NCBI GenBank assembly: GCA_963752345.1
Contig: CAVVYA010000002.1
Location: 62,046-126,045 of the forward strand
Source of the DNA: an uncultured Alphaproteobacteria bacterium
GTDB lineage: Bacteria > Pseudomonadota > Alphaproteobacteria > SMXQ01
Length of the DNA: 64,000 nucleotides
Direction of reading: 5' to 3'
The stretch's first letter is position 1. Each line of letters begins with the position of its first letter. The notes under the pieces were generated by a model that ran no database searches, had not been told where the DNA came from, and saw only the letters and a list, made by a program, of their open reading frames with translations. The position numbers were made by a program, and so were the translations under genes. Positions 40,069 to 63,102 of this stretch are shown here, in pieces.

Positions 40069-40357
40069 CACGGCTGCCGTTCGGCGGCGGGATGGCGGCA
40101 TCGGCCGTCATCCCGCCCGCCTCTTCGAGCTTACGTCCGAGCCGGTCCCGGGCGGAATTCCGAAAGCGGAATTCGACATGGACGGACAATTTTTCGGCTT
40201 CGGTTTTCTCCGAGGCCAGTGCATGAGCCGCGGACATCCGCGGTGGCGGGCCAGCCCGCCCGGATTTGCGGAACGTGTCGTTCCGCAGGCCGGCGCGAAA
40301 GCGCATTGAGACGAATTGCCATGGGGGCCGTGTCCCCCGAGCGCATGAGGAGCAGTA

Positions 40358-44530
<4,173 letters not shown>

Positions 44531-44589
44531 GGATCGGAACGCGGCGGAAGATACTTCCGCCGCGTCTCGCCCGGTTGGCGCCGGGCTGA

Positions 44590-48837
<4,248 letters not shown>

Positions 48838-48853
48838 GCGGCGATTCGTTCAG

Positions 48854-48885
48854 CGCCGGCCCGGTCGTTCTGCGCCGGGCCGGCG
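48854..48885 (+). terminator. GC-rich hairpin after rpoC (11-bp perfect stem cgccggcccgg / ccgggccggcg, 10-nt loop), no U-tract
   Basis: It lies 17 bp after the rpoC stop. Likely a terminator or processing hairpin. Confidence 0.45.
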
Positions 48886-48944
48886 TGTCGCCCTCCAGCC
48901 CATCGGAAATCGCCATAAACCCGCGATTTGGCATGGCTTTCCGC

Positions 48945-48973
48945 TTGACGGGGTAGGGTCGCGTTAATAGTAT
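48945..48973 (+). promoter_or_regulatory. Candidate sigma70 promoter of the str operon (rpsL-rpsG-fusA-tuf)
   Basis: TTGACG at 48945-48950, 17-bp spacer, TAGTAT at 48968-48973. About 200-nt leader before rpsL. Confidence 0.5.
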
Positions 48974-49177
48974 GCGGCCCTCTTTCGGGCCTGGTGGTAG
49001 GCGAACAGCCTAGACGCAGGCCCACGAAAACCTAAGCGAAAGCTTACAGAAGCCCACCCCGGCATGGTCCGGGTAGGCTGACCGAAATGCTCGCAGGCGA
49101 GGGGCCTTGGCCCGCTCGCCACTGTTGCTTTATGCACGAGCCATCGATCAGCGGGCATGGAAGATGAAGGACGTTTG

Positions 49178-49549
49178 ATGCCGACGATCAATCAGCTGAT
49201 CCGCAAGCCGCGGGCGAAAGTGGGTAGCCGCAACAAGGTGCCGGCCCTGCAGGCCTGCCCGCAGAAGCGCGGCGTTTGCACGCGCGTCTACACGACGACG
49301 CCGAAGAAGCCGAACTCGGCGCTCCGCAAGGTCGCCCGCGTGCGTCTTACCAACGGCTTCGAAGTGACGAGCTACATCCCGGGCGAAGGCCATAACCTGC
49401 AAGAACACTCGGTGGTCATGATCCGCGGCGGTCGCGTGAAGGACTTGCCCGGCGTGCGCTATCACATCATCCGCGGCACGCTGGATACCCAGGGCATCGC
49501 CGCTCGCCGCCAGCGCCGTTCGAAATACGGCGCCAAGCGTCCGAAGTAA
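49178..49549 (+). CDS. rpsL: 30S ribosomal protein S12
   Basis: [20 protein letters not shown]... Confidence 0.95.
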   Translation: MPTINQLIRKPRAKVGSRNKVPALQACPQKRGVCTRVYTTTPKKPNSALRKVARVRLTNGFEVTSYIPGEGHNLQEHSVVMIRGGRVKDLPGVRYHIIRGTLDTQGIAARRQRRSKYGAKRPK

Positions 49550-50032
<483 letters not shown>

Positions 50033-50050
50033 AGACAAGGTCCCGACGTT

Positions 50051-52126
<2,076 letters not shown>

Positions 52127-52158
52127 GCCCGTAGCGTCTAAGGATAAGAGGAAAGAAA

Positions 52159-53352
<1,194 letters not shown>

Positions 53353-53374
53353 TTGGAAAAGAGTCGATTGGCCC

Positions 53375-53392
53375 CGCTTCGGCGGGGTCAAT
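53375..53392 (+). promoter_or_regulatory. Hairpin with UUCG tetraloop between tuf and rpsJ (ccccgc-ttcg-gcgggg)
   Basis: 6-bp GC stem. Possible partial terminator or processing site at the str/S10 junction. Confidence 0.3.
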
Positions 53393-53407
53393 AGCGGAGA
53401 TCGGGAT

Positions 53408-53716
<309 letters not shown>

Positions 53717-53750
53717 TCGGTTTGGACGAGACCGCAGTTAGGAACGTGCC

Positions 53751-54509
53751 ATGAGAACCGGAGTGATTGCGCAGAAAGTGGGAATGATGCGCGTCTTCGC
53801 TGAAGACGGCGCCGACATCCCCGTGACTGTGCTGAAGATGGACAATTGCCAGGTCGTCGGCGTCAAAACCGCCGAGAAGGACGGCTATACCGCGCTGCAG
53901 CTCGGCGTCGGCAAGGCGAAGGTGAAGAACGTCACCAAGGGCGTGCGCGGCCACTACGCCAAGGCCAAGATCGAGCCGAAGGCCAAGTTGGTCGAGTTCC
54001 GCGTCAGCGACGACGCCGTGCTCGATGTCGGCGCCGAGATCGTCGCCAGCCACTTCGTGGCCGGGCAGAAGGTCGACGTGATCGGCACCAGCAAGGGCAA
54101 GGGTTTTGCCGGCGTCATGAAGCGCCACAATTTCCGCGGCCTGGAAGCCACCCACGGCGTGTCGGTCTCGCACCGCAGCCACGGTTCGACCGGTCAGCGC
54201 CAGGATCCCGGCAAAGTGTTCAAGGGCAAGAAGATGGCCGGCCATCTCGGCCAGGACCGCGTCACCACCCAGAACGTCCAGATCGTGTCGACCGACATCG
54301 AGCGCGGGCTGATTTTCATCCGCGGCGCGGTGCCGGGCGCCAATGGCTCTTACGTGCTCGTCTCGGACGCCGTGAAGAAAGCGGCGCCGAAGGATCTGCC
54401 GTTCCCGGCCGCGCTGCGCAGCGCCGCCGTGGCAGCCGAACCCGCCCCAGAAGCTCCAGTTGGCGACGCGCCCGCTGGCGAACAGCCAGCCGGCGAGCAG
54501 AAGGAGTAA
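53751..54509 (+). CDS. rplC: 50S ribosomal protein L3 (with alphaproteobacterial C-terminal extension)
   Basis: [16 protein letters not shown]..., 252 aa. Confidence 0.93.
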   Translation: MRTGVIAQKVGMMRVFAEDGADIPVTVLKMDNCQVVGVKTAEKDGYTALQLGVGKAKVKNVTKGVRGHYAKAKIEPKAKLVEFRVSDDAVLDVGAEIVASHFVAGQKVDVIGTSKGKGFAGVMKRHNFRGLEATHGVSVSHRSHGSTGQRQDPGKVFKGKKMAGHLGQDRVTTQNVQIVSTDIERGLIFIRGAVPGANGSYVLVSDAVKKAAPKDLPFPAALRSAAVAAEPAPEAPVGDAPAGEQPAGEQKE

Positions 54510-54515
54510 GCGGCG

Positions 54516-55137
54516 ATGAAGCTCAACGTCGTCAATTTCAAGAACGAGAACGTCGGCTCGATCGACGTCGCCGACGCTGTGTTCGGCGCGCCGCAGCGCA
54601 AGGACATCCTGGCTCGCGTGGTTCACTGGCAGTTGGCCAAGCGCCGCGCCGGCACCCACAAGACCAAGGGTATCAGCGATATTCAGGGCACGACCAAGAA
54701 GCCGTTCCCGCAGAAGGGCGGCGGCCGCGCCCGCCAGGGCTCGCTGCGCTCGCCGCAGTTCCGCGGCGGCGCCGTGATTTTCGGCCCGGTCGTGCGCGAC
54801 CACGGCTATTCGCTGCCCAAGAAGGTGCGCCGCCTGGCGCTGCGCACCGCGCTGTCGGCCAAGCAGGCCGAAGGCAAGCTGATCATCGTCGACGACACGA
54901 AGAGCGCCGGCGCCAAGACATCGGCCTTCGCTCGTGAACCTGCGCGACAACGGCTGGTCGTCGGTCCTCATCGTCGACGGCGCCGAGCCGAACGGCGATC
55001 TCATCCGCGTCGCGGCGAACATCCCGCATGTGGATGTGCTGCCGAGCCAGGGCGCCAATGTTTACGACATTCTCCGCCGCGACGTTCTGGTCCTGACCAA
55101 GAGCGCGGTCGAGCAGCTGGAGGCCCGCCTGAAATGA
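54516..55137 (+). CDS. rplD: 50S ribosomal protein L4; 1-bp indel near 54926-54936 in this sequence
   Basis: The N-terminal 135 aa is in frame 0. The C-terminus ([37 protein letters not shown]...EQLEARLK) is in ORF 54934..55137. The stop overlaps the rplW ATG (ATGA). The six-frame L4-L23 fusion ORF is an artefact. Confidence 0.85.
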
Positions 55138-55457
55138 GCCGTCTGAGCGCAAAGCAAGTGAAGGTCGGCGAGGGCCGCAAATTCGATCTCGTGCTCACCC
55201 CGGTGATCACCGAGAAGGCGACCCAGGGTTCCGAGCATAACCAGGTCACGTTCCGCGTGCCGCTCCAGGCTTCCAAGCCGGAGATCAAGGCCGCGGTCGA
55301 GAGCCTGTTCAAGGTCAAGGTGACGGCGGTCAACACCCTGCGTCAGCAGGGCAAGGTGAAGCTGTTCCGCGGCCGTCCCGGCAAGCGGTCCGACACCAAG
55401 AAAGCCATCGTCACCCTGGCGGACGGCAACACCATCGACGTGACGTCGAAAGTCTGA
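55134..55457 (+). CDS. rplW: 50S ribosomal protein L23
   Basis: [30 protein letters not shown]..., 107 aa. Confidence 0.9.
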   Translation: MSRLSAKQVKVGEGRKFDLVLTPVITEKATQGSEHNQVTFRVPLQASKPEIKAAVESLFKVKVTAVNTLRQQGKVKLFRGRPGKRSDTKKAIVTLADGNTIDVTSKV

Positions 55458-55474
55458 GCGGAAGAACAACGGTC

Positions 55475-56302
55475 ATGGCTCTGAAAACATACAAACCGTC
55501 CACGCCGTCCCAGCGCGAACTCGTGCTGGTGGATCGCTCGGCGCTCTGGAAAGGCAAGCCCGTCAAGGCGCTGACCGAGGGCGTGCGCTCCAAGGGCGGC
55601 CGCAACAACACCGGCCGCATCACCGTGCGCCATCAGGGCGGCGGTCATAAGCGGCGCTATCGCATGATCGACTTCAAGCGTCGCAAGTTCGACGTGACGG
55701 CCACCGTGGAGCGTCTGGAATACGATCCCAACCGCACCGCGTTCATCGCCCTCGTGCGCTACGAGGACGGCGAGCAGGCCTACATCCTGGCACCGCAGCG
55801 CCTGAGCGCCGGCGCCAAGGTGGTTTCCGGCGAGAAGGTCGATATCCAGCCGGGCAATGCAATGCCGCTCAAGTCGATCCCGGTCGGCACCATCGTGCAC
55901 AACGTGGAGATGAAGGTCGGCAAGGGTGGCCAGTTGGCCCGTTCCGCCGGCACCTATGCCCAGCTCATCGGCCGCGACACCGGCAACGCGCAGCTCCGCC
56001 TGTCGTCCGGCGAGGTCCGCCTGGTCTCCGAGCTGTGCATGGCGACCATCGGCGCGGTGTCCAACCCGGATCAGCAGAACATCAACATCGGCAAGGCCGG
56101 CCGCAAGCGCTGGATGGGCGTCCGCCCGAGCGTGCGCGGCGTCGCCATGAACCCCGTCGATCACCCGCATGGTGGTGGCGAAGGCCGGACGTCCGGCGGC
56201 CGCCATCCGGTCACCCCTTGGGGCAAGCCCACCAAGGGCGCGCGCACCCGTAAAAAGAAGCCGTCGGATGCGATGATCATCCGCCGCCGCTATCAGAAGT
56301 AG
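55475..56302 (+). CDS. rplB: 50S ribosomal protein L2
   Basis: [17 protein letters not shown]..., 275 aa. Confidence 0.95.
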   Translation: MALKTYKPSTPSQRELVLVDRSALWKGKPVKALTEGVRSKGGRNNTGRITVRHQGGGHKRRYRMIDFKRRKFDVTATVERLEYDPNRTAFIALVRYEDGEQAYILAPQRLSAGAKVVSGEKVDIQPGNAMPLKSIPVGTIVHNVEMKVGKGGQLARSAGTYAQLIGRDTGNAQLRLSSGEVRLVSELCMATIGAVSNPDQQNINIGKAGRKRWMGVRPSVRGVAMNPVDHPHGGGEGRTSGGRHPVTPWGKPTKGARTRKKKPSDAMIIRRRYQK

Positions 56303-56314
56303 AGGAGAACGGTC

Positions 56315-56593
56315 TTGGCACGTTCCGTATGGAAGGGACCATTTATTGACGGTTACCTCCTCAAAAAGGCGGAAGATACCCGCGCTTCGGGCCGCAATCA
56401 GGTCATCCGCACCTGGTCGCGTCGCTCGACGGTTCTCCCGCAGTTTGTTGGACTGACCTTCGGCATCCACAACGGGCACAAGTTCCTGCCGGTGCTGGTC
56501 ACGGAAAACATGGTTGGGCACAAGTTCGGCGAGTTCGCGCCGACCCGCACCTTCCATGGCCATTCCGCCGACAAGAAGGCGAAGAAGGCTTAA
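56315..56593 (+). CDS. rpsS: 30S ribosomal protein S19
   Basis: [18 protein letters not shown]... Confidence 0.95.
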   Translation: MARSVWKGPFIDGYLLKKAEDTRASGRNQVIRTWSRRSTVLPQFVGLTFGIHNGHKFLPVLVTENMVGHKFGEFAPTRTFHGHSADKKAKKA

Positions 56594-56598
56594 AGACG

Positions 56599-56979
56599 AT
56601 GAGCAAAAAAGCAAAACCCCGCCGCGTGGCGGACAACGAAGCGATGGCCAAGGCGGCCACCATCCGCGTCAGTCCGCGCAAGCTCGGCGTCGTCGCCGGC
56701 CTGATCCGCGGCAAGAACGCGGGCGCGGCTCTGGCCGAGCTGACCTTTTCCCACCGCCGCGTCGCGCGCGACGTGAAAAAGGTGCTGCAGTCGGCGATCG
56801 CCAACGCCGAGAACAACCATCAGCTCGACGTCGACAAGCTCTATGTCGCCGAGGTGAGCGTCGGCAAGGCGCTGGTCATGAAGCGGTTCCACGCCCGTGC
56901 GCGCGGCCGCGGCGCCCGGATCGTCAAGCCGTTCAGCAATCTGACATTGATCGTGCGCGAGCGCGAGGAGACAGCCTAA
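56599..56979 (+). CDS. rplV: 50S ribosomal protein L22
   Basis: [28 protein letters not shown]... Confidence 0.93.
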   Translation: MSKKAKPRRVADNEAMAKAATIRVSPRKLGVVAGLIRGKNAGAALAELTFSHRRVARDVKKVLQSAIANAENNHQLDVDKLYVAEVSVGKALVMKRFHARARGRGARIVKPFSNLTLIVREREETA

Positions 56980-57656
56980 TGGGTCAGAAGGTCAATCCGA
57001 TCGGGCTTCGGCTCGGCATCAATCGCACCTGGGATTCGCGCTGGTACGCGAAGGGCGACTATGCCGACCTGCTGCACCAGGACATCAAGATTCGCGACGT
57101 GCTGCGCAAGCGCCTGGCCCAGGCCGGCGTGTCGCGCATCGTCATCGAGCGGCCGGCGAAGAAGGCCCGCATCACCATCCACACCGCCCGTCCGGGCGTG
57201 GTCATCGGCAAGAAGGGCGCGGATATCGAAAAGCTGCGCGCCGAGCTCGCCGCCATGACCAAGGGTGAGGTGCACCTGAACATCGTCGAAATCCGCAAGC
57301 CGGAGATCGACGCCCAGCTCATCGCCGAGAACATCGCGCAGCAGCTCGAGCGCCGCGTCGCGTTCCGCCGCGCCATGAAGCGCGCGGTGCAGTCGGCCAT
57401 GCGCCTCGGCGCCCAGGGCATCCGGATCAACTGCTCGGGCCGCCTCGGCGGTTCGGAAATCGCCCGCGTGGAATGGTATCGCGAAGGTCGCGTGCCGCTG
57501 CACACGCTGCGCGCCGAAGTCGATTACGGCCGCGGCACGGCGTTCACCACCTACGGCACCTGCGGCGTCAAGGTTTGGGTCTTCAAGGGCGAAGTGCTCG
57601 CCCACGATCCGATGGCCCAGGACAAACGGGTCATGGAGCAGCAGGTCGCGCGCTGA
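56979..57656 (+). CDS. rpsC: 30S ribosomal protein S3
   Basis: The ATG at 56979 overlaps the rplV stop (TAATG). [24 protein letters not shown]... The longer six-frame ORF from 56514 is rejected. Confidence 0.93.
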   Translation: MGQKVNPIGLRLGINRTWDSRWYAKGDYADLLHQDIKIRDVLRKRLAQAGVSRIVIERPAKKARITIHTARPGVVIGKKGADIEKLRAELAAMTKGEVHLNIVEIRKPEIDAQLIAENIAQQLERRVAFRRAMKRAVQSAMRLGAQGIRINCSGRLGGSEIARVEWYREGRVPLHTLRAEVDYGRGTAFTTYGTCGVKVWVFKGEVLAHDPMAQDKRVMEQQVAR

Positions 57657-57693
57657 TCGGCGCGTCCCGCGATCGAACGAGAAAGTCTGAGAT

Positions 57694-58113
57694 ATGCTGA
57701 GTCCAAAGCGCACGAAATTCCGCAAGGCCCACAAGGGCCGCATTCACGGTCTGGCCAAGGGTGGCACGAGGCTCAACTTCGGCGCCCATGGACTGAAGGC
57801 CATGGAGCCGATGCGAATCACCGCCCGTCAGATCGAGGCGGCGCGCCGCGCCATCACCCGCCACATGAAGCGCGTGGGTCGCGTGTGGGTGCTGGTGTTC
57901 CCGGATGTGCCGGTTTCGAGCAAGCCCGCCGAAGTCCGCATGGGCAGCGGCAAGGGCGCGCCCGAATTTTGGGTATGCCGCGTGAAGCCGGGCCGCATCA
58001 TGTTCGAGATCGACGGCGTGCCGGCGGCGGTGGCCAAGGAAGCCTTCGACCTCGCCGCGGCCAAGCTGCCGATCAAGACGAAGTTTATTACGCGCCAGGC
58101 GGTGGAGGCCTGA
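57694..58113 (+). CDS. rplP: 50S ribosomal protein L16
   Basis: [19 protein letters not shown]... Confidence 0.95.
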   Translation: MLSPKRTKFRKAHKGRIHGLAKGGTRLNFGAHGLKAMEPMRITARQIEAARRAITRHMKRVGRVWVLVFPDVPVSSKPAEVRMGSGKGAPEFWVCRVKPGRIMFEIDGVPAAVAKEAFDLAAAKLPIKTKFITRQAVEA

Positions 58114-58114
58114 G

Positions 58115-58309
58115 ATGAAAGCGACAGATCTCAAGACCAAGACGCCTGACGAGCTCAAGACCGAGTTGGTCGCCCTCAAGCGCGAGGTGTTCAACCTGCG
58201 CTTCCAGAAGGCCAGCGGCCAGCTCGAGAACACCGCCCGCGTGCGCGCCGTGCGCCGCGACATCGCCCGCATCCAGACGGTGCTCGGCGATAAGTCCGCA
58301 CGGGCCTAA
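58115..58309 (+). CDS. rpmC: 50S ribosomal protein L29
   Basis: [31 protein letters not shown]... Confidence 0.93.
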   Translation: MKATDLKTKTPDELKTELVALKREVFNLRFQKASGQLENTARVRAVRRDIARIQTVLGDKSARA

Positions 58310-58321
58310 GGAGAGAGCAAG

Positions 58322-58561
58322 ATGCCGAAGCGTATTCTGCAGGGAACCGTCGTCAGCGACGCCATGGACAAGACCGTCGTGGTTCAGGTCGAGCGGCGCA
58401 TCATGCATCCCGTCTACAAGAAATTCATCCGGCGCTCCAAGAAGTACGCCGCGCATGACGAGGCCAATGCCTGCAAGGTTGGCCAGACCGTGCGCATCCA
58501 GGAGTGCCGCCCGATCTCGAAGAGGAAGCGCTTCGAAGTCATTGCCGGCGAAGCCGAGTAG
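58322..58561 (+). CDS. rpsQ: 30S ribosomal protein S17
   Basis: [26 protein letters not shown]... Confidence 0.95.
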   Translation: MPKRILQGTVVSDAMDKTVVVQVERRIMHPVYKKFIRRSKKYAAHDEANACKVGQTVRIQECRPISKRKRFEVIAGEAE

Positions 58562-58596
58562 TCGCTGGAACGCTTAAGTAAGAAAGGCAACATGCC

Positions 58597-58965
58597 ATGA
58601 TTCAGATGCAGACGAACCTCGAAGTCGCCGACAATTCCGGCGCCCGTCGGGTGCAGTGCATCAAGGTGCTGGGCGGCTCCCACCGTCAGACCGCGGATGT
58701 CGGCGACGTCATCGTGGTCAGCGTGAAGGATGCCATTCCGCGCGGCCGCGTGAAGAAGGGCGAGGTGCAGCGCGCCGTGATCGTGCGCACCGCGAAGGAA
58801 ATCCGCCGGGCCGACGGCAGCGCCATCCGTTTCGACCGCAATGCCGCGGTGCTGATCGACAAGCAGGGCGAGCCGATCGGCACCCGTATCTTCGGCCCGG
58901 TCACCCGCGAGCTGCGCGGCAAGGGCTATATGAAAATCATCTCTCTTGCGCCTGAAGTGCTGTAG
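58597..58965 (+). CDS. rplN: 50S ribosomal protein L14
   Basis: [28 protein letters not shown]... Confidence 0.95.
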   Translation: MIQMQTNLEVADNSGARRVQCIKVLGGSHRQTADVGDVIVVSVKDAIPRGRVKKGEVQRAVIVRTAKEIRRADGSAIRFDRNAAVLIDKQGEPIGTRIFGPVTRELRGKGYMKIISLAPEVL

Positions 58966-58977
58966 GCCGAGGACGAC

Positions 58978-59301
58978 ATGGCTAGCAAATTGAAGATCAA
59001 AAAGGGCGACAACGTCGTCGTCATCACCGGCCGCGACAAGGGCAAGTCCGGCACCGTACTGCGCGTCAATCCGAAGGAAAGCCGCGTGCTGGTGCAGGGC
59101 ATCAATGTGGTGAAGCGCCACAGCCGCCCGAGCGCGGGCCAAAGCGGCGGCATTATCGAGAAAGAGCTGTCGATTCACGTCTCAAACGTCGCGCTCGTCG
59201 ACCCCAAGACCAGCAAGCCGACTCGCGTCGGGTTCAAGGTCATGGAAGCTGGTCGCAAAGTACGCGTCGCTCGCCGGTCCGGCGAGGTTATCGACATCTA
59301 A
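58978..59301 (+). CDS. rplX: 50S ribosomal protein L24
   Basis: [30 protein letters not shown]... Confidence 0.95.
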   Translation: MASKLKIKKGDNVVVITGRDKGKSGTVLRVNPKESRVLVQGINVVKRHSRPSAGQSGGIIEKELSIHVSNVALVDPKTSKPTRVGFKVMEAGRKVRVARRSGEVIDI

Positions 59302-59312
59302 GGAAGCGGGTC

Positions 59313-59957
59313 ATGGCCAAGAGCACCGAAAAGAAATCCAAAGGCGCCGAGACTGGCGCGGCGCCCAAGGCGCCGAAGAGCAACGCCAAGCCCACGGGCA
59401 GCAACGGCGAGAAGTATGTGCCGCGCCTGCGGCAGCACTACGACACCGTCGTCAAGGCGGCGCTGATGACGCAGTTCGCCTACACGAACGCCATGCAGGT
59501 GCCGAAGATCGAGAAGATCGTCATCAACATGGGCGTCGGCGAATCGACGGCCGACGGCAAGAAGATCGACGCGGCGGTCAGCGACCTGGCCGCGATCTCG
59601 GGCCAGAAGCCGGTCGTGACCCATGCGCGCAAGGCGATCGCGAACTTCAAGGTGCGCGAGAACATGCGCCTCGGCTGCAAGGTCACCCTGCGCCGCGAGC
59701 ATATGTATGAATTCCTCGACCGGCTGATCAATATCGCCCTGCCGCGCGTGCGCGACTTCCGCGGCGTGCCGGGCAACAGCTTCGACGGCCGCGGCAACTA
59801 TTCGATGGGCCTCAAGGAACAGCTCGTGTTCCCGGAGATCGATTACGACAAGATCGATCAGGTCCGCGGCATGGACATCACAATCGTGACGACGGCGGAA
59901 ACCGATGAGGAAGCCAAGGCGCTCCTCAAAGGCTTCGACATGCCGTTCGTCAATTGA
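59313..59957 (+). CDS. rplE: 50S ribosomal protein L5 (with ~30-aa Lys/Ala-rich N-terminal extension)
   Basis: GGAAG RBS before ATG 59313. The homologous core starts at ...[43 protein letters not shown]. Confidence 0.9.
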   Translation: MAKSTEKKSKGAETGAAPKAPKSNAKPTGSNGEKYVPRLRQHYDTVVKAALMTQFAYTNAMQVPKIEKIVINMGVGESTADGKKIDAAVSDLAAISGQKPVVTHARKAIANFKVRENMRLGCKVTLRREHMYEFLDRLINIALPRVRDFRGVPGNSFDGRGNYSMGLKEQLVFPEIDYDKIDQVRGMDITIVTTAETDEEAKALLKGFDMPFVN

Positions 59958-59979
59958 ATTTGGAAACGGAGGTCTCGTA

Positions 59980-60285
59980 ATGGCGAAAACCAGTGCCATC
60001 GAGAAGAACAAGCGTCGGATTCGTCTCGCCAAGAAGTTCGCCGGCCGTCGTGGGCGTTTGAAGGCCATCGCGCTCGACAAGACGGTGACGCCAGAGGAAC
60101 GGTTTGCCGCCCAGCTCAAGCTGGCGCAGTTGCCGCGTAATTCATCGCCCGTCCGCATCCGCTCGCGGTGCGATATGACCGGCCGCTCGCGCGCAGTGTA
60201 TCGGAAGTTCCGGCTGTCGCGTATGGCCCTGCGGGATCTCGCCTCCAACGGGCAGATTCCCGGCATGGTCAAGTCGAGCTGGTAA
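59980..60285 (+). CDS. rpsN: 30S ribosomal protein S14
   Basis: [32 protein letters not shown]..., 101 aa. Confidence 0.93.
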   Translation: MAKTSAIEKNKRRIRLAKKFAGRRGRLKAIALDKTVTPEERFAAQLKLAQLPRNSSPVRIRSRCDMTGRSRAVYRKFRLSRMALRDLASNGQIPGMVKSSW

Positions 60286-60298
60286 AGGAGAATAGGGA

Positions 60299-60697
60299 AT
60301 GTCCGCGACCGATCCGCTCGGCGATTTGTTGACCCGTATCCGGAATGGCCAGCATCGCCGGCTGCCCAAGGTGAGCAGCCCGTCGTCGAGCCTGCGCGCC
60401 AACGTGCTCGAGGTGCTGAAGAAGGAAGGCTATATCCGTGATTTTTCGACGACCGAGATCGAGCCCGGTATCTCGGGTCTCGAGATCGAGCTGAAATATC
60501 ATGAAGGCGAGCCGGTGATCCGCGAGATCCGTCGGGTGTCGAAGCCCGGCCGGCGCGTCTATTCGAAGATCAAGGACCTGCACAGGCCCTACAACGGGCT
60601 CGGCATCGCCGTGCTGTCCACGCCGCGTGGCGTGATGTCGGACAGCGAGGCGCGCGCCGCCAATGTCGGCGGCGAAGTTCTGTGCCAGGTGTTCTAA
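60299..60697 (+). CDS. rpsH: 30S ribosomal protein S8
   Basis: [18 protein letters not shown]... Confidence 0.95.
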   Translation: MSATDPLGDLLTRIRNGQHRRLPKVSSPSSSLRANVLEVLKKEGYIRDFSTTEIEPGISGLEIELKYHEGEPVIREIRRVSKPGRRVYSKIKDLHRPYNGLGIAVLSTPRGVMSDSEARAANVGGEVLCQVF

Positions 60698-60744
60698 CGG
60701 AACGAGGAGCGAGGGCCGCGTGAGCGGCCCGCGAGGAGAAAGTC

Positions 60745-61278
60745 ATGTCGCGTGTCGGTAAAAACCCGGTCAATGTGCCCAGCGGCGTCACCGTCAATGT
60801 CTCCGGACAGCAGGTGTCGGCGAAGGGCAAGCTCGGCCAACTCAGCATGGTGTTCGCGCCGGACGTCGCTTTGTCGCTCGAGGGCGACAAGGTGTGGGTC
60901 AAGCCGCGTGACGAATCGAAGCGCTCGCGCATGATGTGGGGCATGGCGCGCAACCAGATCAATAACATGGTCAAGGGCGTCGCGACGGGCTACACCGTCA
61001 ACCTCGAGATCAACGGCGTCGGTTATCGCGCGGCCGTGCAGGGCAAGAAGCTGAACATGCAGCTCGGCTATTCGCACGAGATCGTCTATCCGATTCCCGA
61101 CGGCATCACGATCAAGTGCGACAAGCCGACGGCTATCTCCATATCCGGCGCCGACCGCCAGAAGGTGGGACAGGTCGCGGCGGAAATCCGCGGCTACCGC
61201 AAGCCCGAGCCCTACAAGGGCAAAGGCATCAAATATGAAAACGAAACCATCCTCCGCAAGGAAGGCAAGAAGAAGTAG
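60745..61278 (+). CDS. rplF: 50S ribosomal protein L6
   Basis: [31 protein letters not shown]... Confidence 0.95.
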   Translation: MSRVGKNPVNVPSGVTVNVSGQQVSAKGKLGQLSMVFAPDVALSLEGDKVWVKPRDESKRSRMMWGMARNQINNMVKGVATGYTVNLEINGVGYRAAVQGKKLNMQLGYSHEIVYPIPDGITIKCDKPTAISISGADRQKVGQVAAEIRGYRKPEPYKGKGIKYENETILRKEGKKK

Positions 61279-61287
61279 GACCGAGCC

Positions 61288-61650
61288 ATGTTCAACGCGA
61301 AGGATCTTTTCACTCGTCGCCAGACTCGCGTCCGGCATCAGATTCGGCAGAACGCCGGCGGCCGGCCGCGGCTGACCGTGTTCCGTTCGGGTCGGCACAT
61401 CTACGCCCAGGTCATCGACGACTCCCAGGGCAAGACGCTGGCGGCTGCCTCGACCATCGACAAGGACCTCAAGTCGCGTCTGAAGTCGGGCACCGACAAG
61501 GCCGCTGCCGCCGAAGTCGGCAAGCTCCTCGCCGAGCGCGCGGGCAAGGCCGGCATCACGGACGTGGTCTTTGATCGCGGCGGATATCTGTTTCATGGCC
61601 GCGTGAAAGCGCTGGCCGATGCGGCCCGCGAAGCGGGCCTGAAGTTTTAG
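61288..61650 (+). CDS. rplR: 50S ribosomal protein L18
   Basis: ...[20 protein letters not shown]... Confidence 0.93.
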   Translation: MFNAKDLFTRRQTRVRHQIRQNAGGRPRLTVFRSGRHIYAQVIDDSQGKTLAAASTIDKDLKSRLKSGTDKAAAAEVGKLLAERAGKAGITDVVFDRGGYLFHGRVKALADAAREAGLKF

Positions 61651-61661
61651 AGGGCTGACGA

Positions 61662-62222
61662 ATGGCACGTAGACCAGAACGAGGCGGCCGCGGCCGCGAA
61701 GACCGCGAAAACAGCGATATCGTCGATAAGCTCGTCTCGATCAATCGCGTGGCGAAGGTCGTGAAGGGCGGTCGGCGGTTCGGCTTCGCCGCGCTCGTCG
61801 TCGTCGGCGACACCAAAGGCCGCGTCGGCTACGGTTCTGGCAAGGCCCGCGAGGTTCCGGAAGCGATCCGCAAGGCGACCGAGCATGCCAAGCGCAACAT
61901 GATCCGCATCCAGATCCGCGACGGCCGCACGCTCCATCACGACGTGAAGGGCCGTTTCGGCGCCGGCCGCGTCGTGCTGCGCGCGGCGCCCGCCGGCACC
62001 GGCATCATCGCCGGCGGTCCGATGCGCGCCGTGTTCGAAACCTGCGGCATCCAGGACATCGTCACCAAGTCGGTCGGCACGTCGAACCCGCACAATATGG
62101 TGAAGGCCACGTTCGCCGCGCTCAAGAGCCTGCGCTCGCCGCGCATGGTCGCCGCGTCCCGTGGCAAGAAGGTCGGCGAGATTCTCGGCCGCCCGGCAAC
62201 CGATGCCGCGGTCCAGGAATAG
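61662..62222 (+). CDS. rpsE: 30S ribosomal protein S5
   Basis: ...[28 protein letters not shown]... Confidence 0.95.
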   Translation: MARRPERGGRGREDRENSDIVDKLVSINRVAKVVKGGRRFGFAALVVVGDTKGRVGYGSGKAREVPEAIRKATEHAKRNMIRIQIRDGRTLHHDVKGRFGAGRVVLRAAPAGTGIIAGGPMRAVFETCGIQDIVTKSVGTSNPHNMVKATFAALKSLRSPRMVAASRGKKVGEILGRPATDAAVQE

Positions 62223-62245
62223 GCCAGGAATAAGGAACGCGTACC

Positions 62246-62434
62246 ATGGCAGAGAAGACCATAAAGGTGACGCAGATCGGCAGTCCGATCGGTCGCAAGC
62301 ATGATCAGCGCGAGACCTTGATCGGCCTCGGTCTGAACAAGCTCAATCGCTCCCGCGAACTGCCGGACACTCCGGCGATCCGCGGCATGATCGACAAGGT
62401 TGCGCATCTCCTCCGCGTTGACACGCAAGGTTAA
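62246..62434 (+). CDS. rpmD: 50S ribosomal protein L30
   Basis: [25 protein letters not shown]... Confidence 0.93.
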   Translation: MAEKTIKVTQIGSPIGRKHDQRETLIGLGLNKLNRSRELPDTPAIRGMIDKVAHLLRVDTQG

Positions 62435-62488
62435 GCGCACTGGCGCCGGCCGGCTTCGGTCGTGGCTCGCAACAAGGACTGTAAGACC

Positions 62489-63058
62489 ATGTTTTTGAAC
62501 GAAATTACCGATAACAAGGGCGCCCGTAAGTCGCGCCGCCGCATCGGTCGCGGCATCGGGTCCGGCCGTGGCAAGACGTCGGGTAAGGGCGTCAAGGGCC
62601 AGAAGGCGCGCACCGGCGTGGCCATCAAGGGCTTCGAAGGCGGCCAGATGCCGATCCATCGCCGCATGCCGAAGCGCGGCTTCAACAATGTTTCGGCCAA
62701 GAACTACGCCGAGATCAGCCTCGACCGGCTGCAGAAGGCGGTCGACGCCGGCACACTCGATACGGCGAAGCCGGTGACCATCGAGACGCTGAAGGCCGCG
62801 GGCCTGGTGCGCCACACGCGCGACGGCGTGCGCCTGCTTGCAAACGGTAGCCTGAAGGCCAAATTGACTCTTGAGGTGACCGGCGCGTCCGCCGCCGCCA
62901 AGGCGGCGGTCGAGGCTGCCGGCGGCTCGCTCAAGGTCGCGGTCCTGCCCAAGGCCGAGCGCCCCGTGATCGAGACCAAGGGCATGAAAAAGAAGGCCGC
63001 CAAGGCGGCAGCCAAGTCGAATAAGAAGCCTGCCGCCGAGGCAGACGCGGCCGGCTAA
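62489..63058 (+). CDS. rplO: 50S ribosomal protein L15
   Basis: The ATG at 62489 ([34 protein letters not shown]...) is preferred over the upstream ATG at 62462. Lys/Ala-rich C-terminal tail. Confidence 0.9.
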   Translation: MFLNEITDNKGARKSRRRIGRGIGSGRGKTSGKGVKGQKARTGVAIKGFEGGQMPIHRRMPKRGFNNVSAKNYAEISLDRLQKAVDAGTLDTAKPVTIETLKAAGLVRHTRDGVRLLANGSLKAKLTLEVTGASAAAKAAVEAAGGSLKVAVLPKAERPVIETKGMKKKAAKAAAKSNKKPAAEADAAG

Positions 63059-63102
63059 GGCGTCCCAACACACGGCATCCATTGCCGTAAGGAGTCGACG
63101 TT

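Noticed and set aside
54516-55457. 313-aa ORF looking like an L4-L23 fusion protein
   Set aside because: The middle segment is garbage from a 1-bp indel. The true L4 C-terminus is in the neighbouring frame (54934..55137), and L23 has its own ATG overlapping the L4 stop.
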